Assembly: GCA_021647245.1 (NCBI GenBank)
Contig: JAKIVC010000006.1
Coordinates: 16,520-80,519, forward strand
Direction of reading: 5' to 3'
DNA: 64,000 bases
DNA from: Gammaproteobacteria bacterium
Lineage (GTDB): Bacteria; Pseudomonadota; Gammaproteobacteria; RBG-16-57-12
Every line of letters starts with the position of its first letter. Positions within the stretch are counted from its first letter, which is position 1. Positions 19,055 to 31,317 of the stretch are shown piece by piece. The notes beneath the pieces are model-generated. The model ran no database searches. It was not told where the DNA came from and worked only from the letters and a program-made list of their open reading frames with translations. Made by a program: the position numbers and the translations under genes.

Positions 19055-19432
19055 TTATCTTCCAAGAGGTCCACCTGACATTTTTGATGTTGCAGCTGTA
19101 ATCAGCTCCATTAGTTTTGATTGGGTGCAGGGTTTTTCAATAAAGGTATCCTGCGGTCGGTGGAGACAATAGTTTCGGTGCGTGACACCGCTAGAGGTGA
19201 ATATAAATACGATATGTGGTTGGTGGCTTCGTATCAAATCGGCCGCAGCGATGCCGTTTAGTTCCGGCATCTCAATGTCGATAATTCCGAGTTGATAGTG
19301 ATTGCTTTGGTAGGCCAGCGTTACGGCCTCTAGGCCATCGCGTGCACAGTCAAAAGTGAAGCCAGCTTCTGATAGCCAGTGGCTGAGTAGTGTTAGCGTG
19401 AGGCAGTCATCTTCTACGAGTAGTATTTTCAT
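19055..19432 (-). CDS. Stand-alone CheY-like receiver protein, 125 aa
   Basis: MKILLVEDD..., DIEMPELNG and FTSS receiver motifs, with no output domain. The 70-codon upstream ORF extension was rejected. Confidence 0.8.
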   Translation of the reverse strand: MKILLVEDDCLTLTLLSHWLSEAGFTFDCARDGLEAVTLAYQSNHYQLGIIDIEMPELNGIAAADLIRSHQPHIVFIFTSSGVTHRNYCLHRPQDTFIEKPCTQSKLMELITAATSKMSGGPLGR

Positions 19433-19826
19433 GAATTCCTCTATAAAGTACCTATCGATCCGGTATTGCCAGCAAAAGGCAGAGCCGATAACCAAGGCTT
19501 GTTTCAGAGACCCTGAAGATACCATGAGCCGCGACGCTATACACGCACCGATAATTCCTGTTTCCAGGGTAGAGGTCTGCGCGCTTCTCAACTTGTTGAT
19601 TCCACGGTAATATAAAAATAGTCGCCGACCTTGCGGATACAATCAATATCTTTTTTAGCTTCTAAACCTGCCTGTTTTACTTGGTATTCTGCCTTTCTAT
19701 CACGATCTGAATAAGATATCCGCAGCGAAGGGCTGAAAAGATTGTTCAAATCGGGTAGAGTTGGCGCTCGAATTTTTGCTGAATGTAAACAGGGTGTTTC
19801 GCACCGCAACCTAAGAGGTTTTAACC

Positions 19827-20519
19827 ATGGCTGATTTTAAAATTGCTCCCTCAATCCTCTCTGCTGATTTTGCTCGACTGGGTGAGGAGGTAGACAATGT
19901 ACTTAAATCGGGTGCTGACATCGTTCACTTCGATGTAATGGATAACCACTATGTGCCCAATTTAACGATTGGTCCGCTGGTATGTGAAGCGCTGCGTAAA
20001 CATGGCGTTACTGCAGATATTGATGTTCATCTGATGGTGAAGCCGGTTGACCGGATTATTCCTGATTTTGCCAAAGCGGGGGCAAGTTATATCACCTTCC
20101 ACCCAGAAGCATCCGAGCACGTTGATCGTACCCTTCAGCTGATTAAAGGCGAAGGGTGTAAGTCGGGTTTGGTCTTTAATCCAGCCACTTCACTCGATGT
20201 ATTGAAACATGTGATCGATAAAGTGGATATTATACTGCTGATGTCAGTTAACCCCGGTTTTGGCGGTCAGAGCTTTATCCCCGCTACACTGGATAAACTG
20301 CGTGAAGCGCGCAAAATTATTGATGAGTCGGGCCGCGATATTCGTTTGGAGATTGACGGAGGCGTTAAGGTCGATAATATCCGTGAAATCGCTGAAGCAG
20401 GCGCTGATATGTTTGTGGCTGGGTCGGCAGTATTCGGCGCACGAAATACAGCAGATGCCAATGATTACGACACCGTTATGGCGGCTTTCCGTGCCGAATT
20501 GGCTAAAGTAGCCCGGTAG
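19827..20519 (+). CDS. rpe: Ribulose-phosphate 3-epimerase
   Basis: [31 protein letters not shown] and [13 protein letters not shown] motifs. Confidence 0.96.
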   Translation: MADFKIAPSILSADFARLGEEVDNVLKSGADIVHFDVMDNHYVPNLTIGPLVCEALRKHGVTADIDVHLMVKPVDRIIPDFAKAGASYITFHPEASEHVDRTLQLIKGEGCKSGLVFNPATSLDVLKHVIDKVDIILLMSVNPGFGGQSFIPATLDKLREARKIIDESGRDIRLEIDGGVKVDNIREIAEAGADMFVAGSAVFGARNTADANDYDTVMAAFRAELAKVAR

Positions 20520-20615
20520 CTTATCGACAGGCGTTTCCCGCTAAAATATTGTTGAACACCTAGGTGCCATCGCTAGATGGCGAAGTGGGAGCGCCCGCAT
20601 GATCAGGATTAAGTT

Positions 20616-21287
20616 ATGATTAATAAGCCAGAGATGGTTTTGATTGATGTGGATGGTACGCTGGTCGATTCGGTACCCGACCTGGCTTACTGCATTGATG
20701 AAATGATGCAGCAGCTTGAGATGCCACCACGTGGTGAGACGGCTGTTCGCGATTGGGTAGGGAATGGGGTTGAACGTTTGGTGCGACGTGCACTGGTCAA
20801 TCAGCTGCAAGGCGAGCCTGATGAGGCACTTTTTCAGCAAGCTTACCCGATTTTTATGGCGCTGTATGCTGAGAATAGTTGCCAGAAAAGCTACCTTTAT
20901 GAGGGCGTTCGTGAAGGGATAGATTGGTTGAAAAGCCAAAATATCCGACTCGGCTGTGTGACCAATAAGGCGGCGCAGTTCACCCTGCCTATTTTGAAAA
21001 AACTGGCTGTTTTTGATGATTTCGAATCGATCATTTGTGGTGATACCCTTGCAGAGCGAAAGCCACATCCACTACCGCTGCTGCACTCTGCTGAGGTGTT
21101 GGGCGTAGCCCCCGAAAAAGCACTGATGATTGGCGATTCAATCTCAGACGTAAAGGCAGCGCGTGCCGCAGGTTTTGGTATTATCTGTATGAGTTATGGT
21201 TATAATCACGGTGCTGATATTCGTGATTCAAATCCCGACCTGGTGATCGACTCCATGGCGCAACTGGCTAATGTTATAAAGGCGTGA
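20616..21287 (+). CDS. gph: Phosphoglycolate phosphatase (HAD family)
   Basis: HAD motif I (LIDVDGTLVDS), VTNK and GDSISD motifs. Conserved rpe-gph synteny. Confidence 0.88.
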   Translation: MINKPEMVLIDVDGTLVDSVPDLAYCIDEMMQQLEMPPRGETAVRDWVGNGVERLVRRALVNQLQGEPDEALFQQAYPIFMALYAENSCQKSYLYEGVREGIDWLKSQNIRLGCVTNKAAQFTLPILKKLAVFDDFESIICGDTLAERKPHPLPLLHSAEVLGVAPEKALMIGDSISDVKAARAAGFGIICMSYGYNHGADIRDSNPDLVIDSMAQLANVIKA

Positions 21288-21380
21288 GAATGAGACAGGT
21301 CATGACACTAAAAGAGCGATGGTAAAGCCCGTTTGATTTTGGGTTTCGGTATTCATCTTACTATTTAGTGGTAACCAACA

Positions 21381-22877
21381 ATGGCACAACAACAGTTTCA
21401 ATCGCTGCGTAACAAACGTTTTAAACGCACTCCAGTAATGCGCGAAATACTTGCTGATCTGGAGACCCCGCTGAGTGTTTATCTGAAATTGGCCCATGGG
21501 CCATACTCCTATCTGTTTGAATCGGTACAAGGCGGTGAAAAGTGGGGGCGATACTCTATGATTGGCCTCCCCAGTCGCACCGCTTTTCGTATCCATGGTC
21601 ATCAAATTTCGATGATTGAGGATCAGCGAGTGATCGAGACCATCACCGTTGAAGACCCACTCACTTGGGTGGAAACATTACAGGCAAGTTTTGAGGTGAG
21701 TGAAGTGGCGGGATTGCCACGATTTACCGGTGGCCTGGTTGGCTACTTTGGTTATGATACGATCCGCTATATCGAACCGAGGCTCAAAGCGTGCCCAAAC
21801 CCCGACCCACTGAATAATCCAGATATTCTGCTGGCACTCTCGGAAGAGGTGGTGGTGTTCGATAATCTCAGTGGTAAAATGTACATTATTGTCCATGCGG
21901 ATCTGGATCAGCCAGATGCTTTGGGCCTGGCCGAACGTCGCCTGGATCACCTGGTTGGTAAGATGGGGGAGGCGGTTCCCAGCCACTGTTCCGAACGGCT
22001 CGATACGGTTGATGAGGATGACTTTGTTTCAGGCTTCACCGAGCAGCGTTTTAAGGATGCCGTTGAGGTGTGTAAACAGTATATCGCCGAGGGTGATGTC
22101 ATGCAGGTGGTGCTTTCACAGCGCCTCTCTGTGCCTTTCAAAGCGCGTCCGCTAGATCTTTACCGTGCACTTCGCAGCCTCAATCCATCACCCTATATGT
22201 ACTTTATGGATTTAGCTGATTTCCACATTGTGGGCTCCTCTCCCGAAATTTTAGTGCGTCTGGAAGAGGGAGAGGTGACCGTGCGCCCCATTGCTGGCAC
22301 ACGCCCTCGTGGCACCACGGAAGAAGAAGATCAGGCCTGGGAGAAAGAGTTACTGGCCGACCCCAAAGAGCTTGCAGAGCATCTGATGTTGATTGACCTT
22401 GGCCGTAATGATGCGGGGCGCATCGCCGAGACTGGGAGTGTTAAACTCACCGAAAAAATGAAGATCGAGCGCTACTCTCATGTCATGCACATTGTCTCTA
22501 ATGTGACCGGTATTCTGAAAAAGAACACCTCACCAATGGATGTGCTGCGTGCCACATTCCCGGCGGGCACAGTGAGCGGTGCGCCAAAAATTCGCGCAAT
22601 GCAGATTATTGATGAGCTAGAGCCGGTTAAGCGAGGTGTTTATGCGGGTGCGGTGGGCTACCTCTCCTGGAGTGGTAATATGGATACCGCGATTGCCATT
22701 CGCACCGCAGTCATTAAGGATCAACAGCTCCATATTCAAGTGGGAGCTGGCGTGGTGCACGACTCCATTGCCAAATATGAGTGGAAAGAGACCATGAACA
22801 AAGGGCGTGCTGTCTTTAAGGCCGTCGAAATGGCCACTGCAGGACTTGATGGCCATCGTAAAGGAAGTTCTGACTAA
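21381..22877 (+). CDS. trpE: Anthranilate synthase component I
   Basis: [12 protein letters not shown] feedback region and the chorismate-binding C-terminal domain ([20 protein letters not shown]). Confidence 0.96.
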   Translation: MAQQQFQSLRNKRFKRTPVMREILADLETPLSVYLKLAHGPYSYLFESVQGGEKWGRYSMIGLPSRTAFRIHGHQISMIEDQRVIETITVEDPLTWVETLQASFEVSEVAGLPRFTGGLVGYFGYDTIRYIEPRLKACPNPDPLNNPDILLALSEEVVVFDNLSGKMYIIVHADLDQPDALGLAERRLDHLVGKMGEAVPSHCSERLDTVDEDDFVSGFTEQRFKDAVEVCKQYIAEGDVMQVVLSQRLSVPFKARPLDLYRALRSLNPSPYMYFMDLADFHIVGSSPEILVRLEEGEVTVRPIAGTRPRGTTEEEDQAWEKELLADPKELAEHLMLIDLGRNDAGRIAETGSVKLTEKMKIERYSHVMHIVSNVTGILKKNTSPMDVLRATFPAGTVSGAPKIRAMQIIDELEPVKRGVYAGAVGYLSWSGNMDTAIAIRTAVIKDQQLHIQVGAGVVHDSIAKYEWKETMNKGRAVFKAVEMATAGLDGHRKGSSD

Positions 22878-23068
22878 GTCTGGATGAATTTAGACTGAGA
22901 GGGGGTTGCTCTCGTTTGTTTTGAAATGCGCAGCAATAGTCGCCCTATTGGTGCCTTTTTGGGGTGAGTGAGGGTAATTTCAGTCAGCATAAAATATTCA
23001 TGACGTGTTCAGATCCTCCATAAATAATTGAAAAACGTCTTTACGTTTCTATCGCGGAAGCTGATTTA

Positions 23069-23683
23069 ATGCTGTTAATGATCGATAACTACGACTCCTT
23101 CACCTACAACCTGGTGCAATACCTCGGTGAGCTGGGTGCTGAGGTGGAGGTGTACCGTAATGACCAGATTACCCTGCAACAGATTGAGGCAAAAAAACCG
23201 GATCATTTGATGATTTCCCCCGGCCCCTGCACACCCAATGAAGCGGGTATCTCGCTGGCGGTGATTGAACACTTCAAAGGAAAGCTGCCGATATTGGGTG
23301 TCTGCCTTGGGCATCAAAGTATCGGCCAGGCTTTTGGTGGCCGCATTATCCACGCCGGTCAAATTATGCATGGTAAAACCTCACCGGTTAAACACCGGGA
23401 TGTTGGGGTGTTTAAGGGGTTGAAAAACCCGTTACAGGTGACACGCTACCACTCACTGGTCATTGATAAAAGCGCACTGCCGGAGTCTCTGGAACTGACA
23501 GCCTGGACAGAGACAGCGGGTGGTGAACTTGAAGAGATCATGGGTGTGCGCCACAAAAAATATATGATTGAAGGGGTGCAATTTCACCCGGAATCCATTC
23601 TGACTGAGCAGGGGCATGAGATGCTGGATAACTTCTTGCAGCAGAAATCAGGCATGCGCCCGGTAGGGGAGATCAAAGCGTGA
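23069..23683 (+). CDS. trpG: Anthranilate synthase component II (glutamine amidotransferase)
   Basis: [14 protein letters not shown], the GVCLGHQ catalytic Cys motif, and GVQFHPES. Confidence 0.95.
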   Translation: MLLMIDNYDSFTYNLVQYLGELGAEVEVYRNDQITLQQIEAKKPDHLMISPGPCTPNEAGISLAVIEHFKGKLPILGVCLGHQSIGQAFGGRIIHAGQIMHGKTSPVKHRDVGVFKGLKNPLQVTRYHSLVIDKSALPESLELTAWTETAGGELEEIMGVRHKKYMIEGVQFHPESILTEQGHEMLDNFLQQKSGMRPVGEIKA

Positions 23684-24696
23684 AAATGCAGCAGGCGATT
23701 CAAGCCGTAATTGATAATCACGACCTGACCCGAGAGGAGATGGTCGCCACCATGCGTCTGATCATGACGGGTGAAGCGACACCGGCACAGATCGGTGGTT
23801 TTCTGGTTGGTTTGCGTATTAAGGGCGAAACGGTCGATGAGATCACAGCAGCGGCCACCGTGATGCGCGAGCTGGCAACACCGGTCTCCATTGCGGGTGA
23901 CCACCTGGTCGACACCTGCGGAACCGGTGGTGATGGTGCTAAAACTTTCAACATCTCCACCGCTTCCGCCTTTGTTGTTGCCGCCGCCGGTGGGCAGGTA
24001 GCGAAGCATGGCAACCGCTCCATCTCCAGTAATACCGGCAGTGCCGATGTGCTGGAGGCCGCCGGCGTAAAATTGGATATCACCCCGCAGCAGGTGGCAC
24101 AGTGTGTGGATGAACTTGGGGTTGGTTTTATGTTTGCCCCGGCACACCACGGAGCCATGAAACACGCCATTGGCCCACGCAAAGAGATGGGGGTTCGCAC
24201 CCTGTTTAATGTACTTGGCCCGCTTACCAATCCGGCCGCAGCACCTAACCAGGTGCTAGGTGTTTTTGCCGAGCCGTGGGTTGAGTCGTTAGCACAGGTA
24301 TTGAAGCAGTTGGGCAGCCAGCATGTACTGGTGGTGCATGCGGTTGATGGCCTGGATGAAATCTCCATAGAGAGCCCAACCCGTGTGGCAGAGCTTAAAG
24401 ATGGCACGATTAACGGCTACACCATTACCCCCGAAGAGTTTGGCATTGCACGGGGCAAAATAAGCGAGCTTGCAGTTGACTGTGCCGACCAGAGCCTGGC
24501 AGTGATCAAAGCGGTACTGAATAACGAGCTAGGCCCTGCCCGTGATATTGTGGTGCTGAATGCCGGTGCCGCGATCTATGCCGCAAACCTGGTCGACACC
24601 CTTGCAGAGGGTGTCGAAAAGGCGGCTGAAGTGATTGCATCGGGTAGAGCACGCGCCAAGCTGGATGCATTGGTTACCCTGACAAACACCTTCTAA
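23680..24696 (+). CDS. trpD: Anthranilate phosphoribosyltransferase
   Basis: DTCGTGGDG and KHGNRS motifs. Overlaps the trpG stop. Confidence 0.96.
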   Translation: MKMQQAIQAVIDNHDLTREEMVATMRLIMTGEATPAQIGGFLVGLRIKGETVDEITAAATVMRELATPVSIAGDHLVDTCGTGGDGAKTFNISTASAFVVAAAGGQVAKHGNRSISSNTGSADVLEAAGVKLDITPQQVAQCVDELGVGFMFAPAHHGAMKHAIGPRKEMGVRTLFNVLGPLTNPAAAPNQVLGVFAEPWVESLAQVLKQLGSQHVLVVHAVDGLDEISIESPTRVAELKDGTINGYTITPEEFGIARGKISELAVDCADQSLAVIKAVLNNELGPARDIVVLNAGAAIYAANLVDTLAEGVEKAAEVIASGRARAKLDALVTLTNTF

Positions 24697-24726
24697 ACCT
24701 AGCCGAATAATGGTGGCCGACACGCT

Positions 24727-25530
24727 ATGAGTAATCCCCCCGATATATTAAAGAAAATCATTGCCCGCAAAAGGCAGGAGATCGCAGAGCGCAGTGCGCG
24801 AGTCGCCATCGATACACTCAGAAAACAAGCCGCCAGCGCATCTTCTCCCCGTGGTTTTGTTCGGTCAATTCAAACCAAATTAAATGCCGGGCAGGCTGCG
24901 GTCATTGCCGAGATAAAAAAAGCTTCACCCAGCAAAGGGGTGATTCGCGAAAATTTTATACCGGCGGAGATTGCCCGCAGTTACGAAAAAGGGGGGGCGG
25001 CTTGCCTCTCTGTTCTAACCGATACGGACTTCTTTCAAGGCCATGAACGCTACCTGCAACAGGCCCGTGATGCCTGCAGCCTGCCGGTGATTCGTAAAGA
25101 CTTTATTATTGACGAATACCAGGTAGTTGAAGCACGGGCAATCGGCGCGGACTGTATTTTATTGATCGCGGCGGTGCTCGATGACAAGCAGTTGGCTCAG
25201 CTGGCTGAGTCAGCGAGCAGACTGGCGATGGATGTGTTGATTGAAGTACACGATGAAGCGGAGTTACAGCGAACCCTGCCACTCAACCTGCCCTTGATCG
25301 GAATTAATAACCGCAACTTGCGTACCTTTGATGTGAGCCTGCAAACCACGCTGGATATGTTACAACAGATACCTGACGACCGAATTGTAGTGACAGAAAG
25401 TGGCATAGTTGATCAACAGGATGTGGCTCTGATGCGTGATCACCAGGTGAATGCTTTTCTGGTTGGTGAAGCCTTTATGCGTGCGGATCAGCCAGGTGAA
25501 AAGTTGGTAGAGCTGTTTGCGACACCCTAA
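24727..25530 (+). CDS. trpC: Indole-3-glycerol-phosphate synthase
   Basis: [22 protein letters not shown] and INNRNLRTF motifs. Confidence 0.96.
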   Translation: MSNPPDILKKIIARKRQEIAERSARVAIDTLRKQAASASSPRGFVRSIQTKLNAGQAAVIAEIKKASPSKGVIRENFIPAEIARSYEKGGAACLSVLTDTDFFQGHERYLQQARDACSLPVIRKDFIIDEYQVVEARAIGADCILLIAAVLDDKQLAQLAESASRLAMDVLIEVHDEAELQRTLPLNLPLIGINNRNLRTFDVSLQTTLDMLQQIPDDRIVVTESGIVDQQDVALMRDHQVNAFLVGEAFMRADQPGEKLVELFATP

Positions 25531-25559
25531 CACCCCTTAATGAGTAGTGAGGTTCGAGC

Positions 25560-26603
25560 ATGGAGACGATGAAAGCGCTGGTTAAACGCGAGGCTCAGCA
25601 GGGGTTGTGGATGGAGGATGTGCCGCTGCCAGAGGTGGGCAATAACGATGTGCTGGTGAAAATTCAAAAAACAGCGATCTGTGGTACCGACATCCATATC
25701 TATAACTGGGATGAGTGGGCGCAAAAAACCATTCCAGTGCCGATGACCATTGGCCACGAGTTTGCCGGTGTGGTGGTGGAGATGGGCGCCAACGTGGAAG
25801 ATATCAAGATCGGTGATGTGGTCTCGGGAGAGGGGCACATTGTTTGTGAACGGTGTCGCAACTGCCTGGCAGGGCGGCGACACCTCTGCCCCAATACCAT
25901 CGGTATCGGCGTGAACCGTACCGGCTGCTTTGCTGAGTATCTCTCGATCCCGGCAAAAAATGTATTCAGACCCAATATTAAAATCCCTACCGAGGTGCTG
26001 GCCTGTTTTGACCCTTATGGTAATGCGGTGCACACAGCGCTCTCTTTCAACATGGTGGGCGAAGATGTCCTGATCACCGGTGCAGGGCCGATTGGTATCA
26101 TGGCCGCCATGGTGGCGACACATTGCGGAGCGCGCAATGTTGTGATTACCGACCTCAACCCATATCGGCTCGACCTGGTAAAAAAAGTGGCACCCAGAGT
26201 GATCCCGTTAAATGTTAAAGAGCACACCATCAGCCGCGAGTTTATGCGTAGCCTGGGTATTCTCGAAGGGTTTGACGTGGGCCTGGAGATGTCAGGGTCA
26301 CCCCATGCGTTTAAAGATATGCTGAGCAAAATGATCAATGGTGGCAGTATCGCCATGCTGGCCATCATGCCCAATGGAACGGGTATTGATTGGGATCAAG
26401 TGGTCTTTAAAGGGTTAAATATCAAAGGCATCTATGGCCGCGAAATATTTGAAACCTGGTACAAGGGTGTCATGATGGTTCAAAGCGGCTTGCCGCTGGA
26501 GAAGATTATCACCCACCGCTTTCACTACACCGACTTCCAAAAAGGGTTTGATGTTATGCGCTCTGGGCAGTCGGGCAAGGTTGTGCTGGAGTGGTGCGAT
26601 TAA
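25560..26603 (+). CDS. tdh: L-threonine 3-dehydrogenase
   Basis: Near-colinear similarity to E. coli Tdh ([32 protein letters not shown]). Confidence 0.96.
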   Translation: METMKALVKREAQQGLWMEDVPLPEVGNNDVLVKIQKTAICGTDIHIYNWDEWAQKTIPVPMTIGHEFAGVVVEMGANVEDIKIGDVVSGEGHIVCERCRNCLAGRRHLCPNTIGIGVNRTGCFAEYLSIPAKNVFRPNIKIPTEVLACFDPYGNAVHTALSFNMVGEDVLITGAGPIGIMAAMVATHCGARNVVITDLNPYRLDLVKKVAPRVIPLNVKEHTISREFMRSLGILEGFDVGLEMSGSPHAFKDMLSKMINGGSIAMLAIMPNGTGIDWDQVVFKGLNIKGIYGREIFETWYKGVMMVQSGLPLEKIITHRFHYTDFQKGFDVMRSGQSGKVVLEWCD

Positions 26604-26657
26604 CAAGCGAATGCCTTTGTACAAACAGATGCAAAGGCCTCTAACGGGGTAATTACC

Positions 26658-27854
26658 ATGGCCTATAAAAGTGCACAAAAAAGTCTGGCAAAAGATCTAG
26701 CAGAGATACAAGCGGCTGGGCTATGGAAGACCGAACGTATTATCGCCTCAGACCAAAAAAATGACATCACCCTGGCGGATGGCCGCGAAGTGGTCAACAT
26801 GTGCGCCAACAACTACCTTGGTCTGGCTAATAATCCTGAAGTGATTCAAGCAGCCAAACAGAGTTACGATCAGTGGGGCTTTGGCCTCTCCTCAGTACGC
26901 TTTATCTGTGGTACCCAGAGTATCCACAAAGTGTTGGAAGATAAAGTGAGTCAATTCCTCGGCATGGAAGATACCATTCTCTACGCCGCCTGCTTTGATG
27001 CCAATGCCGGGTTATTTGAAACCCTTTTGACCCATCAAGATGCAGTGATCTCCGACGAATTAAATCACGCCTCGATTATTGATGGCGTCCGGCTCTGTAA
27101 AGCAGCCCGCCACCGCTATAAAAACAGTGATATGCATGATCTTGAGCTGAAGCTAAAAGAGGCAAAAGCAGCCGGAGCGCGGCGGATACTGATTACTACC
27201 GATGGTGTTTTTTCGATGGATGGCACCATCGCGCAGCTTGATAAAATCTGCGATCTGGCTGATAAATATGATGCAATGGTTCACCATGATGATTGCCACG
27301 CGGTCGGGTTTATGGGTAAACAAGGCCGTGGTGTGCATGAGTATTGTGGCGTAATGGATCGGGTGGATATTATAACCGGCACCTTTGGTAAAGCACTGGG
27401 CGGCGCTTCCGGTGGCTACACCTCGGGACGTAAAGAGATTATCGACATGTTGCGTCAGCGCTCTCGTCCTTACCTGTTTTCCAACACCGTGGCACCGGCT
27501 ATCTGTGCCGCATCGATTAAAGTGTTAGAGATGCTCTCGGCATCAACGGCACTGTGTGATCGACTGGAAGAGAATACACGTTACTTCAGGGCCGGGATGC
27601 AGGCAGCAGGGTTTGCCATTGCGGCGGGCGAGCATCCCATTGTCCCTGTCATGCTGGGTGACGCTCAGCTAGCGCAAAAAATGTCACAACGGCTTCTGGA
27701 GCGCGGAATTTACGCCATCGGTTTCTTTTTTCCGGTCGTACCCAAAGGGAAAGCGCGCATCCGCACCCAAATCTCAGCCGCCCACACCAAGGCCGACCTA
27801 GATAAAGCGATAACCGCTTTTTCAGAAACCTATGCAGAGCTGGTTACGCCGTGA
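26658..27854 (+). CDS. kbl: Glycine C-acetyltransferase (2-amino-3-ketobutyrate CoA ligase)
   Basis: Alpha-oxoamine synthase fold with the PLP lysine region [15 protein letters not shown]. Paired with tdh. Confidence 0.96.
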   Translation: MAYKSAQKSLAKDLAEIQAAGLWKTERIIASDQKNDITLADGREVVNMCANNYLGLANNPEVIQAAKQSYDQWGFGLSSVRFICGTQSIHKVLEDKVSQFLGMEDTILYAACFDANAGLFETLLTHQDAVISDELNHASIIDGVRLCKAARHRYKNSDMHDLELKLKEAKAAGARRILITTDGVFSMDGTIAQLDKICDLADKYDAMVHHDDCHAVGFMGKQGRGVHEYCGVMDRVDIITGTFGKALGGASGGYTSGRKEIIDMLRQRSRPYLFSNTVAPAICAASIKVLEMLSASTALCDRLEENTRYFRAGMQAAGFAIAAGEHPIVPVMLGDAQLAQKMSQRLLERGIYAIGFFFPVVPKGKARIRTQISAAHTKADLDKAITAFSETYAELVTP

Positions 27855-27925
27855 AATCTGTAAGTCTCCTCCGGGAGAAGTGGACGCTATAACACCAAAA
27901 TGGAGCTTGTCCAGCAGGTGGTGGG

Positions 27926-29659
27926 CTAGCTCCCCGATTGGCGGGTGACATCAACATAGAGCGTGATGCGCTGTCCTGGTTGTAGGTATTTTTGGGTGTT
28001 GAGGCTGTTCCAGCGTTTTAAGTCGGCCACGGTTACGCTAAATTTTTGTGCAATCCGCGAGAGGGAGTCTCCTTGGCGGACTCGGTATTTTATGTTTTGT
28101 AGCGGTGTGCCGGGCCCGTTGTTGAACTGTATTGTCAGTGGTGGCTTGCTGCTCCAGATGACCAGTTGTTGACCTGGTTTTAAGGGGTCCCTAGGGGCCA
28201 TGGCATTCCACTTTGCAAGCGCTTTGACCTCAACTTTATGTTTTCTCGAAATATCCCATAGTGTGTCACCACCTATTACGGTATGGGTGACCTTATGGCC
28301 ATCCCGTTTGCGTTGCTGGATGGTTTTTTTGCGTATCTCAGCTGTTTGACGGTAGCTGTTCAGGTTGCGCGTTGCGGTGGGTACCAGAAGATGTTTTCCG
28401 GCGCGAATCATGCTGCCACTGATCTTGTTGCTCTCTTTTAATAAATCAACACTGGTTTGATACTTTTTGGCGATCAATAGCAGGCTTTCTCCCGGCTGAA
28501 TGATATGGCGTACCCATTTTACCCGTTTATTTTCAGGGAGTTGCGATAAAGCTTGGGTAAATATCGTCGCGTTTTCCTTGGGTAGCAGCAGGTAGTGAGG
28601 GCCAGCGGGGTCTGTCGCCCAGCGATTGAAGCCGGGGTTGAGGTTGTAGAGATGGTCGGTGCTGAGTTCGGCCAATTCGGCGGCGAGGGCAAGGTCAATT
28701 TGGCCACCGGTCTCGACTTTTTCAAAGTAATGTTCATTCGGGATAGAGGTGAATTTAACATTAAAAGCATCAGGCTTGGCGACAAGATTGCTCAGTGCCA
28801 GCAGTTTTGGCACATAGCCTTTGGTCTCTTTGGGTAGGTCCAGATTCCAGTAATCGGTGGGTTTTCCTCTGCTCTTGTTTTTGCGAATAGCGCGTGAAAC
28901 AGTGCCTGAACCCGAGTTATAGGCGGCAAGGGCGAGCAACCAGTCACCATCAAACGTTTTATGTAGCCGCTGTAGATAGGTGAGCGCTGCTATTGTGGAT
29001 GCGTAGACATCGCGTCGGCCGTCATACCACCAGTTCTGTTTTAGACCAAAGTACTCTCCGGTGCTGGGTATAAATTGCCAGATGCCTGCGGCACGTCCAT
29101 GGGAGTAGGCGAAGGGCAGGAAGGCGCTCTCAACGATGGGTAGCAGGGCGATTTCGCTGGGCATACCACGCGCCTCAACCTCTTCGAGAATAAAGTGCAG
29201 ATAGGGGTGTGCGCGCTCAGTAACCCGTAGTAGATAGTCCGGGTGTTTTGCATACCACGCTTGGTCAGCTTTTACGCCGGGGTGGTCGCTATCGGGTAGC
29301 CCATAGTTTTGGCGCAAACGGTGCCAGAGATCTGTCGGCTCGATTATGGTGGGCGCTTGCTCTGCGATGGTCACATCGGCTATGGCGGCGGGTGTGGGCA
29401 GGCTCTCTTGAGCGTCAGTCAGTTCGGGAATCAGTGGCTCTAGTGGCTCACGTAGTGCCTCACTCCCCGGTTGTTTGCTGATGTAGTGAATGGACTCAAT
29501 ATTGCTCTCTTCGGGCTGCTCGGTTTGAACCGTCTTGCTGATCGGGTCTAAGGGTGTGTCACTCACTTTTTCAGGCGCTGTGATACATCCATTGAGTAGC
29601 AGTAGGCTACTGGAAAGGGCTATTAACTTGAGTGAAATTTTATGCGTTGTTTGTAGCAA
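27926..29659 (-). CDS. mltD: Membrane-bound lytic murein transglycosylase D-like, with C-terminal LysM repeats
   Basis: Lipoprotein signal (LLLLNGC), SLT catalytic motif (ESAFLPFAYSHGRAAGIWQF), and three LysM-like modules (e.g. YRVRQGDSLSRIAQKF). mltD-gloB synteny as in E. coli. Confidence 0.88.
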   Translation of the reverse strand: MLQTTHKISLKLIALSSSLLLLNGCITAPEKVSDTPLDPISKTVQTEQPEESNIESIHYISKQPGSEALREPLEPLIPELTDAQESLPTPAAIADVTIAEQAPTIIEPTDLWHRLRQNYGLPDSDHPGVKADQAWYAKHPDYLLRVTERAHPYLHFILEEVEARGMPSEIALLPIVESAFLPFAYSHGRAAGIWQFIPSTGEYFGLKQNWWYDGRRDVYASTIAALTYLQRLHKTFDGDWLLALAAYNSGSGTVSRAIRKNKSRGKPTDYWNLDLPKETKGYVPKLLALSNLVAKPDAFNVKFTSIPNEHYFEKVETGGQIDLALAAELAELSTDHLYNLNPGFNRWATDPAGPHYLLLPKENATIFTQALSQLPENKRVKWVRHIIQPGESLLLIAKKYQTSVDLLKESNKISGSMIRAGKHLLVPTATRNLNSYRQTAEIRKKTIQQRKRDGHKVTHTVIGGDTLWDISRKHKVEVKALAKWNAMAPRDPLKPGQQLVIWSSKPPLTIQFNNGPGTPLQNIKYRVRQGDSLSRIAQKFSVTVADLKRWNSLNTQKYLQPGQRITLYVDVTRQSGS

Positions 29660-29697
29660 AGTGATATTCCATCAATGTGAATCAGGGGATTTTGTGC

Positions 29698-30471
29698 TCA
29701 GTCTAAATCGTCTTTCCATTTGCGTACAGCGGCAAATACTTCGACTGGGTGGGTTAACGCTGTTTTACTATAGTTTGATGCGGCTTTAATCAGTAGCGGG
29801 CTGTCCCAGCGGAGAAAGGGGTTGGTCTGCTTTTCAACACTTAACTGACTGGGTACGGTGGCTTTTCTTTCAGTGCGAAGCTGCTGTACTTGCTGCAGTC
29901 GCTGCGTGATTGCGCCATTGTCAGGTTCGGCAACCTGTGCAAAGGTCAGGTTGGCGAGAGTATATTCATGTGCACAATAGATCAACGTTTTGTCAGGTAA
30001 GGCTCTAATTTTCTCCATAGCGTGTTGCATCTGTGCGGCGGTGCCCTTAAACACTCGCCCGCACCCCCCTGCAAACAGTGTATCGCCGCAAAAGAGTCTC
30101 TCGTGACCATAATAGATGATGTGTCCTACGGTGTGGCCCGGCGTATCAATGACTTGGAATGTAGCCGCTATTTCGCTGATTGTAACCTGCTCTGCCCCTT
30201 TTAGCGGGTGAGTGACTCCATTGATATTTTCGTGGGCCGGGCCATAAACCGGGATCTCATAGTGTTGTGTAATGGCCGCAATGCCACCGGTATGGTCAGC
30301 GTGGTGGTGGGTGATTAAAATGGCCACAGGGATTAAATTATGCAATCGACAGTAGGCGATCACCCGCTCACCATCACCCGGGTCAACAATGGCCACTTGT
30401 GGATGCTGCTGATTGCCAATTAACCAGATATAATTATCTTCAAAGGCAGTAATAGGGTAAACCGTGAGCAT
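29698..30471 (-). CDS. gloB: Hydroxyacylglutathione hydrolase (glyoxalase II)
   Basis: Metallo-beta-lactamase motif THHHADH, TPGHT, and the C-terminal NPFLR motif. Confidence 0.93.
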   Translation of the reverse strand: MLTVYPITAFEDNYIWLIGNQQHPQVAIVDPGDGERVIAYCRLHNLIPVAILITHHHADHTGGIAAITQHYEIPVYGPAHENINGVTHPLKGAEQVTISEIAATFQVIDTPGHTVGHIIYYGHERLFCGDTLFAGGCGRVFKGTAAQMQHAMEKIRALPDKTLIYCAHEYTLANLTFAQVAEPDNGAITQRLQQVQQLRTERKATVPSQLSVEKQTNPFLRWDSPLLIKAASNYSKTALTHPVEVFAAVRKWKDDLD

Positions 30472-30501
30472 AAGAGTGCTAATCTCTAATTAATCGAAGA
30501 G

Positions 30502-31317
30502 ATGAAATTTTACGCAATGTATAACGCAATCAGCAAGCTAAAGTACCAAAATAAAACGTATCCATTGCGGCGTGATGCGCTGAATCACTGGTACGGTGGT
30601 TATACTGGGCAGCAATTTCTGGCACTGGTGCAGCCTCGCCTAGAGGCGCTGCTGGCGGATCTCTTTGGTTATTACCTGCTCCAGGTCGGTGGGCTGGGTA
30701 GTGTGGATCTGTTGGGTCAGAGCCGTATTAAACAGCGGATTATTCTCGATGATAGCAGTCGGGCGCACTCCCAGCCTTATCCGCTATTGCCGTGTGAAGT
30801 CGACAAACTCTCGATTGTGACCGACAGTGTCGATGTGGTGGTTTTGCCTCATACCCTTGAAATTCATGATAATGCCCATCAGATATTGCGCGAGGTGGAT
30901 CGGATTTTGGTGCCTGAAGGGCACGTTTTGGTGATGGGATTTAACCCTTATAGTCTTTGGGGGGGCACGATGTGGCTGCAAAAAAATGTGGGTCGTTTAC
31001 CGTGGCAAGGGCACTTTTTATCTCCAGGACGGGTGAAAGATTGGTTGAAGCTGCTGGGGTATGAGATCGAGCATATAGAGAGCTATTTTTACCGTCCGGC
31101 GCTTCGCCATCCGGTGTTGATGGGAAAATTGATGTGGCTGGAGCGCTGGGGTGCTCGCTACTGGCCTATTTTGGGTGGAGGCTATATCCTTGTGGCCAGA
31201 AAGCAGGTTTCAACATTGACCCCTATTCGCCCCCGCTGGCAGATGCGCCGTCGCCTTGGCGTATTAGGAACCGCCCAATCATCCATGCAAAGAGATAATG
31301 ATAGTGAAGAGAGTTGA
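30502..31317 (+). CDS. Class I SAM-dependent methyltransferase (YafS-like)
   Basis: Position between gloB and rnhA as for E. coli yafS, with a methyltransferase-like core ([11 protein letters not shown]...[20 protein letters not shown]). Confidence 0.7.
   Translation: MKFYAMYNAISKLKYQNKTYPLRRDALNHWYGGYTGQQFLALVQPRLEALLADLFGYYLLQVGGLGSVDLLGQSRIKQRIILDDSSRAHSQPYPLLPCEVDKLSIVTDSVDVVVLPHTLEIHDNAHQILREVDRILVPEGHVLVMGFNPYSLWGGTMWLQKNVGRLPWQGHFLSPGRVKDWLKLLGYEIEHIESYFYRPALRHPVLMGKLMWLERWGARYWPILGGGYILVARKQVSTLTPIRPRWQMRRRLGVLGTAQSSMQRDNDSEES

Noticed and set aside
19484-19491. An exact sigma28 -10 octamer GCCGATAA on the plus strand near the flagellar cluster.
   Set aside because: No TAAA-type -35 at the required 11-nt spacing (the nearest TAAAGTAC is 32 nt away). 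It points toward rpe rather than a flagellar gene, so it is probably chance.
19588-19809. A 73-codon minus-strand ORF in the rpe upstream spacer.
   Set aside because: TTG start without an SD, overlap with the rpe ribosome-binding region, and no recognisable motif or hydrophobic or helical pattern.
21288-21380. I looked for a trp attenuator or leader peptide upstream of trpE, and in the 190-bp trpE-trpG spacer (22878-23068).
   Set aside because: No short ORF with tandem Trp codons and no alternative-hairpin arrangement. There is only a weak terminator-like hairpin after trpE, consistent with separate trpE and trpGDC units as in many non-enteric Gammaproteobacteria.
23718-24407. Long antisense ORFs inside well-supported genes. 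Examples: 23718-24407 and 23584-24165 opposite trpD/trpG, 25527-26123 opposite tdh, 16683-17249 opposite fliD, 45841-46389 opposite mutL, 47989-48561 opposite argG, 61007-61600 opposite the helical protein, 38258-38824 and 50220-50843 opposite lipoprotein 5' ends.
   Set aside because: Each lies opposite a gene with unmistakable conserved motifs. Their translations are low-complexity or Arg/Ser/Pro-rich with no motifs, which is typical of shadow ORFs.
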